Shown: positions 35,541 through 50,005, counted from the whole stretch's first letter. The stretch: 63,984 bases of DNA, filler included, from Octopus bimaculoides (GCF_001194135.2; 6 parts of 5 records of this genome joined end to end with filler, not necessarily neighbours in it); one strand, 5' to 3'. Program-made: numbers and translations. The notes: generated by a model not told the origin, from the letters alone.

Positions 35541-35819
35541 TGATAATAACTAAGGATGGTATTGGCGGTAGTATAGTTGATGGTAGTAGTTTTAGTGGTT
35601 ATGATACTGTTACTATTGATAATGATCCTGGTGGTAGTTGTTGCTAGTGGTGGTCGTCGTGGTCGTCGTGGTCGTCGTGGTACTATCGCCGTCGTCATCG
35701 TCACCATAGTCATCATCGTTGTGAGATGATGGCAGTTGTAACTGAGAGTGTTAAGTGCGCGTGTTTGTAGTAGTAATAGTGTTGGAGATAGAAAACATGT
35801 CGCTATACATTATTGTAAT

Positions 35820-36283
35820 CTAAGTTCGAAACCGACCATTCTTAAGACAGTCCTGGTGTATTTATAGACGATCTTGTCGAAGTCTAAATTGACTGAACCC
35901 CATCAAAGTGATATTAAGTCCTAATCTGCTTTCCAACAACCGCATTAAATGGGGGTTGTTATGCATAGATCTGCAGGGTATCTCATAGTTTTGTGCACAT
36001 CTCACAACACTGCAGATGACACTCAAGTTTTTTGAAGATCATTTCTGCGAAAACTTTTAGTCATTCAAAATATTATGGACTTAAAATTATTTATTACCAC
36101 CCTCATTTTCGAACGCTTCTCAGCAGCGTCGCCACATTTTGGTTCATAGATTTGGGAATGAGCCCAGTCCGCTGCCAGTCGTGGTAATGCCAAGATAGAA
36201 GTGAACGTATCTGTCATGTCATTCAAGAGTTCCAATGGCAGACCATCCGGTCCAGGAGATTTCTTCTGGTACAACCAATTCAT
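35820..36283 (-). pseudogene. Tx1/L1-clade RT fragment
   Basis: KKSPGPDGLPLE, VINNFKSI (cf. I.NFRPI) and GSVNLDF...VLRMVGF. Confidence 0.6.
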
Positions 36284-36305
36284 ATATCTATTATTTCAGC
36301 AGCTA

Positions 36306-36515
36306 AAAGCGACGAGCTGGCAGAAATGTTAGCAAGCCGGGCGAAACGCTTAGCGGTATTTCGTTCTAAGTTCGAATTCCGCCGAAGTCGACTTTGCCTT
36401 TCATCCTTTCGGGGTCGATAAATTAAGTACCAGTTACGTACTGGGGTCGATCTAATCGAATAGCACCCCTCCCCAAAAATTTCGGACCTTGTGCCTTGAG
36501 TAGAAAAGATTATTT
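36306..36515 (+). mobile_element. SINE family A copy
   Basis: Well-preserved head and 'ggggtcgataaattaagtaccagttacgtactggggtcgatctaatcga' body. Confidence 0.8.
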
Positions 36516-37687
36516 CAGCAGCCAGTGTCAGATTTTCGCAGAGTTTTGTATTTTTCGACGCAGAACTTTGTATCTTCAGTCTGCCATTCTTGTGAAATAT
36601 TTGGCAAACGTTACGAAAAGTCTGCACATATCTAATAGGAATCGCATTGCAGTGCCTGTTACGACCCGTCGAAGATCAAAGAGTGAATTTTTTTATCATG
36701 TTGCGAGTGTTTTACACGAGGGCATTGAATGATTTTTGCTAACTGCTGCTTGAGAACACACACCTAAACACGAACAACTCATATTTTCTGTTTCGTATCA
36801 AGAAAATGGTGAACGGCGACTTTCAATGCTAATAGGCCTATGTTTTGGAATCGCATCTTATAATCTAATGTTTTGGAATCGCATCCTCAATTATACATGT
36901 CTCCCATAACCACATCTTGGCTAAATCTAACAGATTATTCTACAACACATTTTCTTTTCTGATGAGACTTATATCACTTATTGTTAATACCTGCACCTTT
37001 CAATTCGTGCTTATCGTTCTTTCCGTTCCGGAAATGGTGCGTTCATCTTCCGCTTGTTAGGTCCCTTTTTTTCCTAGTTTTTTTTTAAGTTTACCTACAG
37101 TTCGCATATTTAAAATTTATGCATGAAACTATCCAAAACCATAGACGGAATACCCTATCATTATCATCTACGCAGTTTCGCGATGCATTCGCATCCCAGT
37201 GAACGCCAAATTATGCATAATTCCTTGCTTTGTTTTTGATGTCAGTCTAATTGCATCATATCACTAATGATCAGAATGTTCCCTTTAATATCAAAACACG
37301 TCAGAAGAAATCTGGTCTTTTTAACAGGAAGGATATTTTGCAACGGGATCCCCACTCTATGCATATTGAGTTGGCTTAAACACATTTTAACATGTGAACG
37401 TTCATAGACTAAAATCAACATGTACGCGACACAACATAAATAAGTAGGAATACTACTAAATTCAGTTTGCTTTCCATTATCACTGTGTGTCCGCGCGCGA
37501 ACGTGAGTGTGTGCGTATGTACGTGAATGCGTTTGTTTGCGTGTACGTTTGCATGGGTGCATTTTGTATATTCATATATATACATATGTATATGTATATT
37601 TAAATATATATACATTTATATATATATATATATATATTCATATATATAAATATACATACCTGTATATATATATATATATATATATAT

Positions 37688-37787
37688 NNNNNNNNNNNNN
37701 NNNNNNNNNNNNNNNNNNNNNNNNNNNNNNNTTAATTAATTAANNNNNNNNNNNNNNNNNNNNNNNNNNNNNNNNNNNNNNNNNNNN
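37688..37787. other. Assembly linker 44N-TTAATTAATTAA-44N
   Basis: Identical 100-bp block. Confidence 0.95.
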
Positions 37788-38399
37788 CTATATTTATATA
37801 TATTATATTTATATCTGTCTATCTATCTATTTCTCTCTCCCTTTCTCTTTCTCTATATATATTTATGTTTGTGTGTGTGTGTGTGTGTGTATGTATGTGT
37901 GTGTGTGTGTACATATATATTTGTATATTTGTATATCCATGTATATCCATGGCTGTATACATCTGTTGATATGCATATTTGTGTATATGTGCATGTATGT
38001 GTGCGTGTATGTGAGTATGTGAGATAGTATTGGGTGTCATTATATACACATGACCTCAGTTGTGTGTAAGGTGAGATAGACAGAGAGATAAATAGATGTA
38101 GCGAGCGACAGAGGTTTATAATCAGTAAGAGATAGAGTTAGTAAAAAGAGAGACAGAGAAAGAGCGAGAGAGACAGAAGCGGAGGGTGTGATTCAAAGAG
38201 AATGCGAGAATGAGAGAGAGTGAGAGAGATGTGTGAATCCTAGCGCGTAATATGGGTTAATTAGATTTCAGGATCGTTTTAAATACTTCTGAGAGTAAAA
38301 ACAAAATGGATGAATATATAACCAGAATGCAAATAAATAGAAAAAAAAGACCCTAAATAATTAACAAAATAAAACAATGAGCTTCTAGTGAAAGTGATT

Positions 38400-38401
<2 letters not shown>

Positions 38402-38454
<53 letters not shown>

Positions 38455-38462
38455 TACTACTA

Positions 38463-38523
<61 letters not shown>

Positions 38524-38526
38524 TAC

Positions 38527-38562
<36 letters not shown>

Positions 38563-38647
38563 CAATATTATTGTCAATATCATCATTATTATTATTATTA
38601 TTATTTTCATTATTATTATTATCATTATTATTATTATTATTATTACT
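38402..38647. repeat. (ATT)n microsatellite, ~245 bp
   Basis: Read directly; it is the source of the poly-I and poly-L pseudo-ORFs. Confidence 0.95.
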
Positions 38648-39163
38648 ATTGCTTTAACAACCACCACCATCATCGTCATCATCACCATCGTTGTCGTCGT
38701 CGTCGTCGTCGTCAATATTTTCCCAGCTAACAACTCTCTGAAATCCAATTAAAACATTAACCCGCCACACACACCTACATCCTCATCCGCATCCACATAC
38801 ACACCTCTGCACATCGCAGCTCCTACAAGAAATATCCTCTCACCCTTCCACGTATCCCAGCCCATCACACCTTCACATACATCTACACCTCCAATAATCA
38901 AACCATTGAATACGTAACTGCCTAATCACTTATTTATACAACAGCACAACACACACACTCACACATACCTGTCCTCTCACTCACTCTTCCATTTACAGAC
39001 ACCACATGGTGAAAGCCTCAAATTCAAACGCACAACGCATACGAACATGCACGCCGATGTACATACACAGACATGTATATACATATGCATGCATACATAC
39101 ATACACATATATATATATATGTATATAAATATATATATACATACAGACATACACATCTATGCA

Positions 39164-39198
<35 letters not shown>

Positions 39199-39353
39199 TT
39201 ATATATATATGTAACTGCAAACACAAGGACAGAGAAATATATACACAAATTATACACATACATTCAACCACACTTACATAGATTGGTTTACATACATACA
39301 AATATATAGACAGCCAAAAGCAGAAAAGGGTATGTACGTATATAATATATATG

Positions 39354-39451
<98 letters not shown>

Positions 39452-39683
39452 GTGGGGTGTATTGATATATATATATGTGTATGTATATAATATATATATA
39501 TAAGGTTGCGCGTGTATTTTTGTGTGTGCGTGCACATGCGTCGATAAGTGCAAGCAGAATAATACATACAGGAAAGCCTGGCTCTGACCAGGACATACCT
39601 TGATACGTAAATACGCACACATAAGTATCACCAAACTCATGCTCACGTATGCGTATATACACAGCCATCCTCATCTATGCATA

Positions 39684-39752
<69 letters not shown>

Positions 39753-40860
39753 GTGCGCATATGCATCTGTAAATTAGCATACATACACAGAGACAAACAC
39801 ACAGGAATACACAGAAATATACACAGAAATATGTAACCACATATACTGACTCACAGGCAAGCACAAACACACAGCCACATTCACTTTACAAATATATACA
39901 TAGTTATACAGAGACAAGCAGTGTTTTTCGAGTATTTTAGTTTTTCTGTGTTCCAAACTCTAATGGAATTTCCAGAGATAAAAGCTCGGATATCCTTGAA
40001 GAATTTTCCAGGTTACCTCATAGCTAAATTCAAAAAGTAATTTTTTAAACATGTTTAGGGGATGTTTTTCAGTGTCTGTTTTTATCTTTGATAAATTCAA
40101 TTTTAAATACATATATATACATGCATACATACATACACACACACATATATATATATATATANNNNNNNNNNNNNNNNNNNNNNNNNNNNNNTATCCATGT
40201 TATTTACTTCGATGTGCGGTTGGTTGTGTTTGTATATTTCTTTTTCTTTTCTATTTCTTTTTAATTTGAAATTTAATTTTTTGTTTCATTTTTTCCCCCG
40301 TCAACTAAAAACACAGAAGTTCGAAAGCATTTCTCCGCCTTTCCATCGTCATCATCATCATCATCGTCATCATCATGCTCCTCCTCCTTCTCCTCCTCCT
40401 CCTCATCATCATATTCTTCTTTTTCTTCTTCAGGACCATTATCGTCACCGTCGTCATCATAATTTTTTAAACAATCGTGTTGATATTCCAATCATCGACA
40501 TTGTGATGATGATGATGATGATATTGTGATGATGGTGATGATGATTATGATGATAAGGGTGAAGACGATAATGACGACGTCAGTGATGAAGATGATGATA
40601 AATTATCGGCGTCGATAAATTAAGTACCAGTTGCATACTGAGGTCGATCTAATCGACTGGCCCCCTCCCCCAAAATTTCGAGCCTTGTGCTTAGAGTAGG
40701 AAAGAATATTTACCTTGTCTTGTTGTTTCACACTCCTCTCCGTCACCTTCTCTCTCTCTCTCTTTTGGTGTTTTGCATATCTATTATTGAAATACTCATG
40801 GCTATTGAGTTCAATTCATACGATGTGTTCCCGTGCAATGTCTCTCACTCCTCATCCTTC

Positions 40861-40907
<47 letters not shown>

Positions 40908-40954
40908 ACATTCTCTGTTTGTTCATGGATATTTCTTATTTCTTTACTGCCAAC

Positions 40955-41160
40955 AAGGGGCTAAACATAACGGAGACAAACAAGGACAGACAAAGGGATT
41001 AAGTCGATTACATCGACCCAGTGCGTAACTGGTACTTAATGATGAAAGGATGAAAGGCAAAGTCGACCTCGACGGAATTTGAACTCAGAACGTAACGGCA
41101 GACGAAATACTGCAAGGCATTTCGCCCGTCGTGCTAACGTCTCTGCCAGCTCGCCTCCTT
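40955..41160 (-). mobile_element. SINE family A copy
   Basis: Reverse complement of the family head ('cgtgctaacgtctctgccagctcgcctcct'). Confidence 0.8.
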
Positions 41161-43084
41161 ATTCATGAATATTCCTGCGCGCGCATGCACGCGTGCGGGC
41201 AAGCGTGATTGTGTTTGAATGTTTCTTCATGTGTGTGTACGCGCACGTGCGCGTGTTTGTGAGTCTGTGAGTGTGTTTGGGTGTGTATGTGCATGTGTTT
41301 GCCTTCAGAGCTAAAACAAGCAATCACCATAGTACATAGAACATCAAGTGAGCTATGACAAATCGGTAACGCCAAAACTGCTATGCCAAATAGTCTCAGT
41401 CGCTTCAGCAGCAGAGCAGTGCTATTAATATGTTACAGCAATCAGAGTTACACCGTACAATCATGATTATTTTAACTATATTTACGGGAAAATAATTCCT
41501 AAGATATCTTTCCATACCTAATACCACTCAAATTAGATTTAATCTTATTAGATATAATATCTCAACGAATTCTGTGCTAATATTCATACCTTCTTCAAAA
41601 AGACTGTATTAATAATACATTGTAACTTGCAAGTTATTAGTACGAGAGAGTGTACTTTGTTATAAATCTATTAATTCCTCATTTAATCATATTGTAAGCA
41701 AATGTTTTTTTTATATTGAATTCAATAGCATATATTTGCCTTAAGAGATAGGCATGTGTTTATATATGTGTGTCTTCATTGTTGTGTGTGAATATATTAT
41801 TATGGTGTGTGTGTGTGAATACATATTTAGGAATGCTTATACACAGGGATACATACATATAGTTATGCAGCAACGAACATGTATAGGGTATGATTATATA
41901 TACATAAGTCCACACAAAACATATATATATATGTATGTATGTATGCATGTGTATATATGCAGAGAGAGAGAGAGAGAGAAAGAACATGAATATACGTGAA
42001 GGAAATACCAATTACATATAACTACTTCTCTATGGAATTGGAGACCAGAATCGGCTTCGCTTCGGCGTCTTTAAAGTCGAAAAAGTTTGTACTCGGGTGT
42101 ATCTGGATATCACTGCCTTTGTGTATATGAGTACGTTTGTGTGTGTGAGAGAGTGCGTGTGTATGTTTGTGTGTGTGTATGCGTGCGTGTGAGCGTGTGT
42201 GTTGAAACAAATTTCTCCAACAAAAGTATTTAAAATCATTAGTTAAAGAAAACTAATTTGTTTAACCCAAGAATGGGTTATATTTTCTTTGCCATCCCAA
42301 ACCCGAAACATACCATGTCGAACTAGTAATTTTTTTCTTTCATCGTATTCATTTTCTGGCATGAATTAACTAATAATTTGGTTCTATTGAGACAGAACAT
42401 AATGTTAATGATATTAGATAATGAATAATAACTTGGAAATTATTCCATAATTCATGTAATTAAAATAACTATAATTTTATGTAGTCACATTGACGCTAAT
42501 AAGATATTAACTGTTTGACGCTACCTTTCGTTCAAACCATTATATAAAAAAAAGAGATTAATTTTTCATTTTAATTAATTAGGCATTGAAAAACACTTTC
42601 TTGTTTATGAACTTGTGAAGTTATAAAAATATAATTTAAGCTTTATAACATCAGTTAAAGTCATGCAACTGACCATTTATGTATTTCCTCACGGAATAAA
42701 ACTTTCATTGGAAGAACAAATATTTTGATTTCGAGCTGCGCCTGTGAAAAATTGTCCATTTGGATCCGATGGATCGTGTTGCGCTCTTTTAACTTGATGA
42801 GCTCTCAGATGACAGAAATCTATATAACATAATATAATTCAATACCATATAATATAATATAATACAATATAATATAATATAACATAGCATAATATAATAA
42901 ACGTATATAATATGAGATATTATTAGGTGTGAAGTAGAGGACAAGGTGTAATGCAATCATGAGGCTTCCCTATGTATATAAAATTTTTTTAAATGTACAT
43001 ATTAAATTGTATTTAGAACTGTATTGAATATGTCTGTGTATAAATGCGCGTTTGTATCTGTTGATAATCATATATGTGTGTTTA

Positions 43085-43128
<44 letters not shown>

Positions 43129-43289
43129 ATATATATATATATTTGTATATATATATATATATATATTTATAGTTCAAAGTCGAACTTGGCGATATTTGTA
43201 CGTAACTCATCAAGAAGGGCGAAACTATACCAAGTATTTTTTCCGTTGTGCTTATGCTTCTGCCAGCACGTCGCCTTGATAGTAATTTG

Positions 43290-43338
43290 ACACATTGCAT
43301 TTAATTAACATATTCTTTGTTAATTAAATGCAATGTGT
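43290..43338. other. Perfect 20-bp inverted repeat with a 9-nt loop
   Basis: ACACATTGCATTTAATTAAC-ATATTCTTT-GTTAATTAAATGCAATGTGT. Confidence 0.9.
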
Positions 43339-43766
43339 TAACTCCATGGGGAGAGAATTAGTGGAGGTAATCAAAGCCCCAAAACTTGCCATCTCTTTTA
43401 GTTCGTCGTTGGCGTTAATTCTACCAATCAATAATCACCTTGACAGTGATCATAAATAATGCTGACCACACTCTTGATGGATGATGATGATGATGATGAT
43501 GGTGATGAGGATAATGATGATGATGGTGATGAGGATGCTGATGACGACGACGACGACGACGACGATGATGATGATGATGATGATGTTGATGCTGATGAAG
43601 ATCAGGCATTTTCTGACGATGATAATTTTGATGATAAGCGGTGTGAAAACCAAGAAAATCCGTAATAAAATATCATCATTCCACTTCATTGCGATATTTA
43701 TGCTGTGCAAAACGTAACATTAATACGAACAACTGGCGTCATATCGTCCTCACCATCATCATCATC

Positions 43767-43798
<32 letters not shown>

Positions 43799-44083
43799 CG
43801 TTTTTGTCGTCTTTGTCGTCTTTGTCTTCTTTGTCGTCGTCGTCGTCGTCGTCGCCGTCATCATCATCATCCCCTTCATTACTGATTTCATCGTTATCTC
43901 CTCCTCGTCATCGTCGTCATCAAAGTTACCCCCCCCTCGTAATCGTAATCTTCATCGCCATCTTCATCCTCTGCAGCAGCAGCAGCATCGTGGTCGTCGC
44001 TGTCGTCGTTCTTGCCTTTATCATCACCATATTTAGACATTCAATGCAAAATACATTTCAAAGAACATCTGATAAATAAAAGA

Positions 44084-44140
<57 letters not shown>

Positions 44141-44147
44141 TGATATT

Positions 44148-44370
44148 AGAGCGGTGAGCCGGCAAAATCGTTAGCACGCCGGACACAATGCGTAGCGGTA
44201 TTTCTTCCGCCTTTACGTTCTGACTTCTGTGCCGAGGTCGACATTGCCTTGCATCCTTTCAGCGTCAATAAAGTAAGTATCAATTGAAAAACCAAGGACG
44301 ATGCAATCAACACATCCCGTCCTCCGTAATAGCTGCCCTTGTGGCAAAACTTAAAACTGGTATCATTATT
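44148..44370 (+). mobile_element. SINE family A copy, just after an (ATT)n tract
   Basis: 'gcggtgagccggcaaaatcgttagcacgccggacacaatgcgtagcgg'; an opposite-strand copy lies at ~44600-44808. Confidence 0.75.
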
Positions 44371-44377
44371 ACAAATA

Positions 44378-44477
44378 NNNNNNNNNNNNNNNNNNNNNNN
44401 NNNNNNNNNNNNNNNNNNNNNTTAATTAATTAANNNNNNNNNNNNNNNNNNNNNNNNNNNNNNNNNNNNNNNNNNNN
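44378..44477. other. Assembly linker 44N-TTAATTAATTAA-44N
   Basis: Identical 100-bp block. Confidence 0.95.
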
Positions 44478-46190
44478 CATATACTCTTTTACTTGTTTCA
44501 GTCATTTGACTGCGGCCATGCTGGAGAACCGCCCTTAATCGAACAAATCGACCCCAGGACTTATTCTATCGGTAACTTTTGCCGAACTACTAATGTAAAA
44601 AGTTTGTCACAAGGCCAGCAATTTCGGGGGAGGGATTAAGTCGATTACTTCGACTTCAGTATTCAACCGGTATTTATTTTATCGATCTCGAAAGGATGAA
44701 AGGTAAAGTCGATCTTAGCGAAATTTGAACTTAGAACGTAAGGACGGACAAAATGCCTCTAAGCATTTTGTCCGGGGTGCTAACGATTCTGCCAGCCCAC
44801 CGCCTTACCATTTTAAATAAAATTATCAAAGACTCAGGCTCTTTACTTGTTTGTCAATCGCTCACGTCGTGGCCTCATTCTTGGCTGGTTTATAAAACAT
44901 GTTACAAGCATTTACTTTCAAAAACCTGAATCAATTTACAGTTTTCCCCTTACTTTATCACCAGAATCTTAAGCCCCGCTCCCATAAATACCAGCAGAAC
45001 CTTCTTAATTTTCATTATTAGTTCCTATTTTACTTAAAGAATGTCCCCGAAGCCAACATCAAATGCCTTTTTAATGAAAGATATCAGAAGATAGTGAATA
45101 GTCTCCGAGATGAATCTGATACGTTGTTCTGTAAATGTTAGAAAGAAATATCTCGGAATTAAGTTTTGTTAATTTACAATTCCTGGAATGTCTGCTATTA
45201 CAAATATCCTTTTTTTTTCTTTTTAGCTGTCTCAGTCATTAGACTGCAGCCATGCTGGGGCACCGCCTCGAAAAATTTATAGACGAATGAATCGACCCCA
45301 GGACTAATTTGTTTTAAGATTGTTACTTATTCCATCGGTGTCTTTTGCCAAACCGCTAAGAGATCGAGAGTATAAGTACTAGGCTTACAAAGAATAAGTC
45401 CTGGGGTCGATTTGTTCAATTAAAGGTAGTGCTCCAGCATGGTCACAGTCAGATGGGGATTTGGCAGAATCGGTAGAGCATCGGAAAAATTGCCTTTCAG
45501 TATTTAGTGACGAGAATTTTAGGGCTGAATTCAAATCCCACCGAAGGTGTCTTTGCATTTCATCCTTCCTGGGTCGGTAATGTAAAGTACCAGACATCTA
45601 CTGGGGTTCTCCTTATAAACTGAAGTCTTGTATTAAAATGTGAAAATTCTGGTTCTTTTTATTCCACAACAAAATTTTCTCTGACCAAAGACAATTCCAA
45701 TAACAAATATCGGGAGTTACTGGATTTCGAACCCACAAATCAGCGACTCTACTTCCAAAACCGGAATAATATTTCCCTAAATTTTAAAACTGATTTTTTT
45801 CTGATTATCAAAAAGAGAAATAAATTATATAAAATAAAATTTAAAAATTAAAAGTTTTCAAGAAACTAAAAAAGAAAACAATACAAAAAAAAAATAACAT
45901 AAGAACGTATAAACTTCAAAAGAATGTGAAATAATTTTACAGGTCCATGCCCACCCCCGAATACATTTAACATCTCTAAGCACATAATTCTATCTGCTGA
46001 CCAAACCAAACATCTCCATAAAACCAACACGACTATTACTACTATTTATTATTTATTATTTTCAAGTAAAACCATAAAAACTACCAAATTCCGACTCATC
46101 CGCAACAATATGAACGCACAAGCACACACACACACATGCACGCATTAGTGTCCCAACTTAAAATAGTTGGTAATGTGGAATGTTGTTTTA

Positions 46191-46860
46191 GCTAATCCCA
46201 CGTGTAGAATTATTAATCCTGCAAAGAGTGAACAACGTAAAATTAATAAATTTATTTTGGGTTCCATAAATTTAAAAATTCTAGAAAACCACCAGTTTAC
46301 CTTTTATGGAACTACAACAGCACATCAGTAATGGACGCGGTTAATAGCAGAAATGTTAAACATAAATGCAAATTTACTCAATTTGACATCATGGAGTTTT
46401 ATCCCTATTGTCGCCGCCGCTACCACCGCCACTACCACCACCATTACCACCATTACCACCACTACCACCATCACCACTGCCATCATTTACAAGTAACACT
46501 TCGAAGCCTTTGTTATTCCTCCTCCTCCTCCTCCTTCTCTTCCTCCTCCCTTTCCCCCNNNNNNNNNNNNNNNNACCACCACCACCACCATCATCGTCAT
46601 CATCGTCATCATCGTCATCATCATCATCATCATCACCACATTCACTCCACCCACCACCGCCAAACTTTTGCATCTAAAAGTTTGGTGTTTCGTTCCTAGC
46701 TTGGTATTCATTAATGAAACCGAGAAAACAACGACTGCTCGAAAGTCATTGCCTTTCCATAACAATTTGGGTTAAGCAATACCGGATAAGTTTTTCATAT
46801 GGCTTTGGGTAGTTACGATGGAGCAGAGGCTTGTGAGTTAGTAGGACTTCAAAGACAAAC
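46191..46860 (+). pseudogene. Penelope-like element RT fragment, split by a triplet microsatellite block (~46408-46665)
   Basis: ANPTCRIINPAKSE..KINKFIL, KHKCKFTQFDIMEFYP, ARKSLPFHNN and ALGSYDGAEACELVGL, i.e. the PLE RT motifs RLINPAKS, FDI.EFYPSI and MG.YDGAE.CELVG in order. Confidence 0.85.
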
Positions 46861-47521
46861 TCTCTCGCTCTCTCTCTCTCTCTCTTACACACACACACGC
46901 ACACACAAATACGCACACACATTGATATATATGCGGCTGAGAGTATAATATTGCCCTTTGAACGAGGGACAATCCATCTGAGGATTAACTTCTAGCTGTT
47001 TCTGAAACTCATTTTCTGGTGAGGAGACTTGAGCAACGTGAAATGAAGTGTCTTGGTCGAGAACAGAACGCACCTCTCCGTCAGCGAAACTCCAACCTCA
47101 CCGTGCTGGGTCTAAAGCCTTAATCACAGGGCAGCATACCTTCACAAAACTTGCAGGTTGCAGGATTACAAGGTCGAAGTTTGTGAGGATTTTCAAAGCG
47201 AAAAGATGAGAGTACAAACCCCCACATGCCTTACAGAACGAGACGCAAGTCAGTCGCAGGATTGACTCATAGATACAACTGGAGCTAAGTAAAATGATGA
47301 CCCTTGCTCAATGGCTTATGCTCCGCACGTCCAAGACTTGAACTCACAATGTAACGAACGTGAGTCCAAAACCCTAATCTCTAGACATACATATACATAA
47401 ACAGATGTATATATAAACAGATAAACACGCATACATAAGTAAATATATACTATACACACATCTATCTATCTGTCTGTCTATTTGTCTAATGTAGTGTTAT
47501 CACTATTCATAAGATATATAT

Positions 47522-47589
<68 letters not shown>

Positions 47590-47670
47590 NNNNNNNNNNN
47601 NNNNNNNNNNNNNNNNNNNNNNNNNNNNNNNNNNNNNNNNNNNNNNNNNNNNNNNNNNNNNNNNNNNNNN

Positions 47671-47739
<69 letters not shown>

Positions 47740-48184
47740 CAGACACACACACACACACACACATATACACATTCGTCTGTTTTCAATAAGCAACAACATA
47801 AAAAAGCCCCAACCATCTCTCCCCGCCACCCCTCATCATTGCTGCCATATCATTATCGCTACAGTGATGCTTATCAGCACGTGGCAACTAATAATTGCTT
47901 TTAAATTGTCAATAATTAACTGTACCATTAGGCATTAACATTTCTACATTACCTCCCTTCTCTAACATGTCGGCGTCCTACCACCATCACCACCACCACC
48001 ACCATCGTCGACGACGACGATGATGATTATGATGATGATAGGGGAGGAATGAGTAGTAGTAGTAATAGGTGTGGTAGTAGTTGTAGTAGAAGTCGTAGTA
48101 ATGGTTTGGAGGAGGAGGAGGAGAAGGAAGAGGAGGAAAAGCTGGTGTAGTTATTTCAAAGTTACCATTCTACTGCAACACTGC

Positions 48185-48270
48185 TGCAGTAGAACACCAG
48201 TAGAACTGCAGTAAAATTGCAGTAGAATTGCAGAAAGATTGCAGTGGAATAATAGCAGGGCTGCAGTAGA
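48185..48270. repeat. Degenerate 11-bp minisatellite (TGCAGTAGAA(C/T))
   Basis: About six units read directly. Confidence 0.7.
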
Positions 48271-48382
48271 AAATTAGCAACAGAAGCAGTAGTAATTGTT
48301 TGAAAAATACATTTTTACGTTAGCAACAGCGATTATATGTTTAGATAAAGAAAATAAAGAAAACAGAACAAAAAAAATTCAA

Positions 48383-48387
<5 letters not shown>

Positions 48388-48442
<55 letters not shown>
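48388..48442 (+). repeat. Poly(A) run of 55 nt
   Basis: Read directly; AATAAA at 48353-48358. Confidence 0.9.
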
Positions 48443-48446
<4 letters not shown>

Positions 48447-48599
48447 CGGAAAAGAAATCAAATAAGTTCTGAATGATAAAACGTGAACGATAAAAATCGA
48501 TGGGAATAATTGATTGAAATAAAAATAAAAGAAAAATGAAATAAAAAATATAAAAATGAAAACAAAATAAAAACAAATGTTTCTTGTTCACTAATGCTT

Positions 48600-48661
<62 letters not shown>

Positions 48662-48728
48662 GTAGTTGTTTTCCGCCTCTCTAATCATCGCCCTTCTGGC
48701 AATAAAAGAAACCATCATATCATTTACC

Positions 48729-48785
<57 letters not shown>

Positions 48786-49621
48786 TCATTATGTATTTGT
48801 TATTGGCTTTTTCGGTGATAATTTCTCGTTTTAAAATCGTTTAAATAAACGAAATGTGTTTTATTTTTATTTCGTTGTAGGCCTATTGATGTTTTTTTCT
48901 AATTCTTAATTGCTCTAATAGTTTATCGTCATCGCCATTATTATTATTATCATTATTATTTGTTTTATTAGTTGTGATTAGTCACAATTACGAATGTTGT
49001 TTGTAATTTATGTAATTCCGCTTCTCGCTTCGTCGCCATTTTATCATGGCGGCCGTACCAATACAAATTTTGTTTCCTGTTTTCTGTAACTATAGAGTGT
49101 AGCAACTTCACAGAAAAAAATCTGCGTTTTTTTACAGCAGCAACGTAGAAAAAAAACCCAACAAAGTAGGGGAGTGGTTAGAGCTTACGACAAAAATTCA
49201 TTGCCGTATTTATTCCGATACTTTGCTTTCTTTTTGAGTTCAAATCCAGCTGAAGTCAACTTTACTTTTCGTCCTTTAGAAGTCGATAAACACTCGGGGT
49301 AGTTATTTGGCGGGATTGATAGAATGTGGGACTAGGTACCTTGTGGTGTCTTTTTCGGATTTTTGTGCTCAGACTTCTTGGCTCAAATGCAAGTTACTCT
49401 GAAGGATTCCAAACCAGCTCTCTGAATTGAAAGTAACTTCCGGCTTTTCCCATATATACTATGGAGGCGTTGAAAACTCAGAACAAATGGCAGAACAACA
49501 ACAACAACAAGAAAGAAAACGACAACAATAACAGTACCGGCAACAACAGCAACAACAGCAACAGCAACAAACAAATCGTAAACATAAGCCACAAAACTAT
49601 TTCCTTCTATCTATCAATCAG

Positions 49622-49680
<59 letters not shown>

Positions 49681-49856
49681 GTGTGTGTGTGTGTGCGCGT
49701 ATGGGGAGGGGGCGCCTCTTACAGGCATCATAAAGGTCTTTAAGCGTTCCATCAGAGACGTCTAAGACGCATTCTGAATGTTGGCTGGTCCCATGTTTCA
49801 CTTGTGTAGAAGAGCGCAGGTAAGGACGGTACTATTGAAGTCTGCCAAGTACGGTC

Positions 49857-50005
49857 TTGTTCAGCTTTGTTGAGAGAGAGACCAAAAAATCTCCTTGTAA
49901 CACCAAAGATGAACAGAAGGCAATGATTATGGCAGCATTCATCAACTTAAACCAGGAGACCATCCAGAAGAGTTGCAGGAGATTCCAAATAAGTGAATCC
50001 TTCTC
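49857..50005 (+). pseudogene. Tc1/mariner-superfamily (maT/DD37D-like) transposase C-terminal fragment
   Basis: VERETKKSPCNTKDEQKAMIMAAFINLNQETIQKSCRRFQ resembles the helix region after the third catalytic Asp in these transposases (recalled). Confidence 0.65.
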
